DNA from: Psilocybe cubensis
Lineage: Eukaryota
Assembly: GCA_017499595.2 (NCBI GenBank)
Contig: CM039005.1
Location: forward strand, 2,418,001-2,482,000
Length of the DNA: 64,000 bases
Reading direction: 5' to 3'
Notes under the pieces: model-generated
Seen by the model: only the letters and a program-made list of their open reading frames with translations
The model's database searches: none
What the model was told of the DNA's origin: nothing
Shown here: positions 62,590 through 64,000 of the stretch, one piece after another
How the letters are laid out: each line of letters opens with the position of its first letter
Numbering within the stretch: the stretch's first letter is position 1
Translations under genes and position numbers: made by a program

Positions 62590-62810
62590 TGGTTGCTGAG
62601 GGTATCCGCAGCTGACTTATGTCGCTGAGAGTATCTCCCCAAATTTGCCGCAGCTGACTTATGTCACTGAGAGTATTCCCCCGCATTCCCAGCTGACTTA
62701 TGTTGCTGAGAGTATTTCCCCGCATTCCCAGCTGACTTATGTTGCTGAGGGTGGATCATTTCCAAGCACGCTCTTCAAGACTTTTGTCGGCTGACTTATG
62801 TCGCCACATC
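62590..62810 (+). repeat. GCTGACTTATGT(C/T)GC array, right part (tandem units of about 39-42 bp)
   Basis: Five motif copies at about 62611, 62653, 62692, 62731 and 62790. Confidence 0.8.
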
Positions 62811-63159
62811 ATATATCCCGCTGGATACATCTTGCTGACTGAGTGATATTGAATGCGAGAAGCCTTGTGGTTGCTGGCGCAGGTTATTTGTATCGTTGTG
62901 CTGAATATTTTGTTTTAGATGCCTTCTATGTCAAAATCTACCAACGAGAGCGACAACGTTTAACCAGGTATGTACATTCTTACAATAATGTAGCATTACT
63001 CAATCTACAACGTCTAGCAACCTATATTGATGTATATGGGTGAAAGCGCAACACATATATGCATCTTGCGATTCTGGAGCTGCATTGGGGATCTCATCGT
63101 ATGTTTCCTTCTATTTGAGACACAGTATACTGACATTGCTTTTAGCATTTTCTTCTACA

Positions 63160-64000
63160 GATGTGCTATCTATTGCTGAATTTGACTGGCTCCCATACAA
63201 GATCCCATCCCTTGACCACACATCCTTTAGTGGCGTTGACAAGAACAACAATCCCATCCCTACCAAACATTTTATCATGTCCCCTAACATGCCTGAAATT
63301 CCCGATATCAGGCGGAATTCTCATGATGTCACGATACGTGAAGATGGACGTTATGGATACGCCAACTTTACTCTATGCCCCTAGTGGTATTTCCAAGGGA
63401 CTTACTACCTTCCTTTCATCTGCCAAAAGCCTTATGATTTGAAAGGTGCCCAATACCACATAATATGGTATGACTTGAAGCCTAGCGATTTTGTGGCGGA
63501 TAATACATCAATTGTTGCTGGTATTGGGTGAATTCGTCCTGCTCTTCTCAACAAGTTTGTAAAGGAGCGCAAAGCACTCACAGAAAAGGCCAATGTGCTT
63601 GAAAGCAACCCTTGGTTTACCTTTGGTCAACTCGCAGAGCTTCGGTACAGTATACAATCCATGCTGTTTGCCACCATTGCTCTTCAATGTGCTCCTCAGA
63701 CTTACCAGATGACTTTGCTCACCATCACTGCTTTTCAACGCCACTTCTTGGAGGCCATCACCTGTTATGACTTTCTGACCAAATTCAAAGACATGAAAAT
63801 TAATGTCTTGGTAGAACCGGAGGTTGATGCCTCCATCATGGGTTGCATTACAGCATCTGTTGATATTGCTATTGAAATGTACTACAGCAGCATGCCAGTT
63901 TGGTTGGTGCAAAGGCCCGAAGAAATCTCCATGAAAACTACAATCATTGGTACACTTGGCTTTTCACCAATTCCAGGAATTATTTTGCAGCACATGGCGG
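63160..64000 (+). pseudogene. Repeat-associated agaricomycete hypothetical protein, with stops, running off the window
   Basis: One frame SPNMP..REDGRYG..FTLCP*WY...QRHFLEA..YD...MGCIT...PVWLV, interrupted by TAG (63382) and TGA (about 63529). Confidence 0.5.

Noticed and set aside
62590-62810. CRISPR-like repeat-spacer pattern
   Set aside because: The intervening sequences resemble each other (tandem units), the repeat is only about 15 bp, there are no cas genes and the context is eukaryotic.

Overview
This is a repeat-dense eukaryotic window with short GT-AG introns and protein families typical of agaricomycete (mushroom-forming basidiomycete) genomes; the taxon is inferred. No ordinary housekeeping gene, rRNA, tRNA gene or CRISPR array was found. 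The centrepiece is a triple-nested structure. A degenerate TIR DNA transposon (32541-48510) is interrupted by a full-length Ty1/Copia element (35511-47086, 5-bp TSD TAGCG, intact gag-pol). That Copia is in turn interrupted, exactly in its tRNA-Met-complementary primer-binding site, by a 6.4-kb apparently intact, intron-rich DNA transposon (35903-42284, 7-bp TSD GGGCCCC). Its transposase carries a DEDDy 3'-5' exonuclease and Dada-superfamily-like motifs. Also present are further copies and solo LTRs of the same Copia, two Tc1/mariner copies, a Tad-like LINE with TSD and poly(A), DIRS/tyrosine-recombinase and Gypsy remnants, a non-coding palindromic foldback family with a shared core and different minisatellite arms, and a decayed gene cluster (Spt5-like NGN/KOW gene, two convergent nucleotidyltransferase-like genes). 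All family assignments come from motif recognition by eye; no searches were run.
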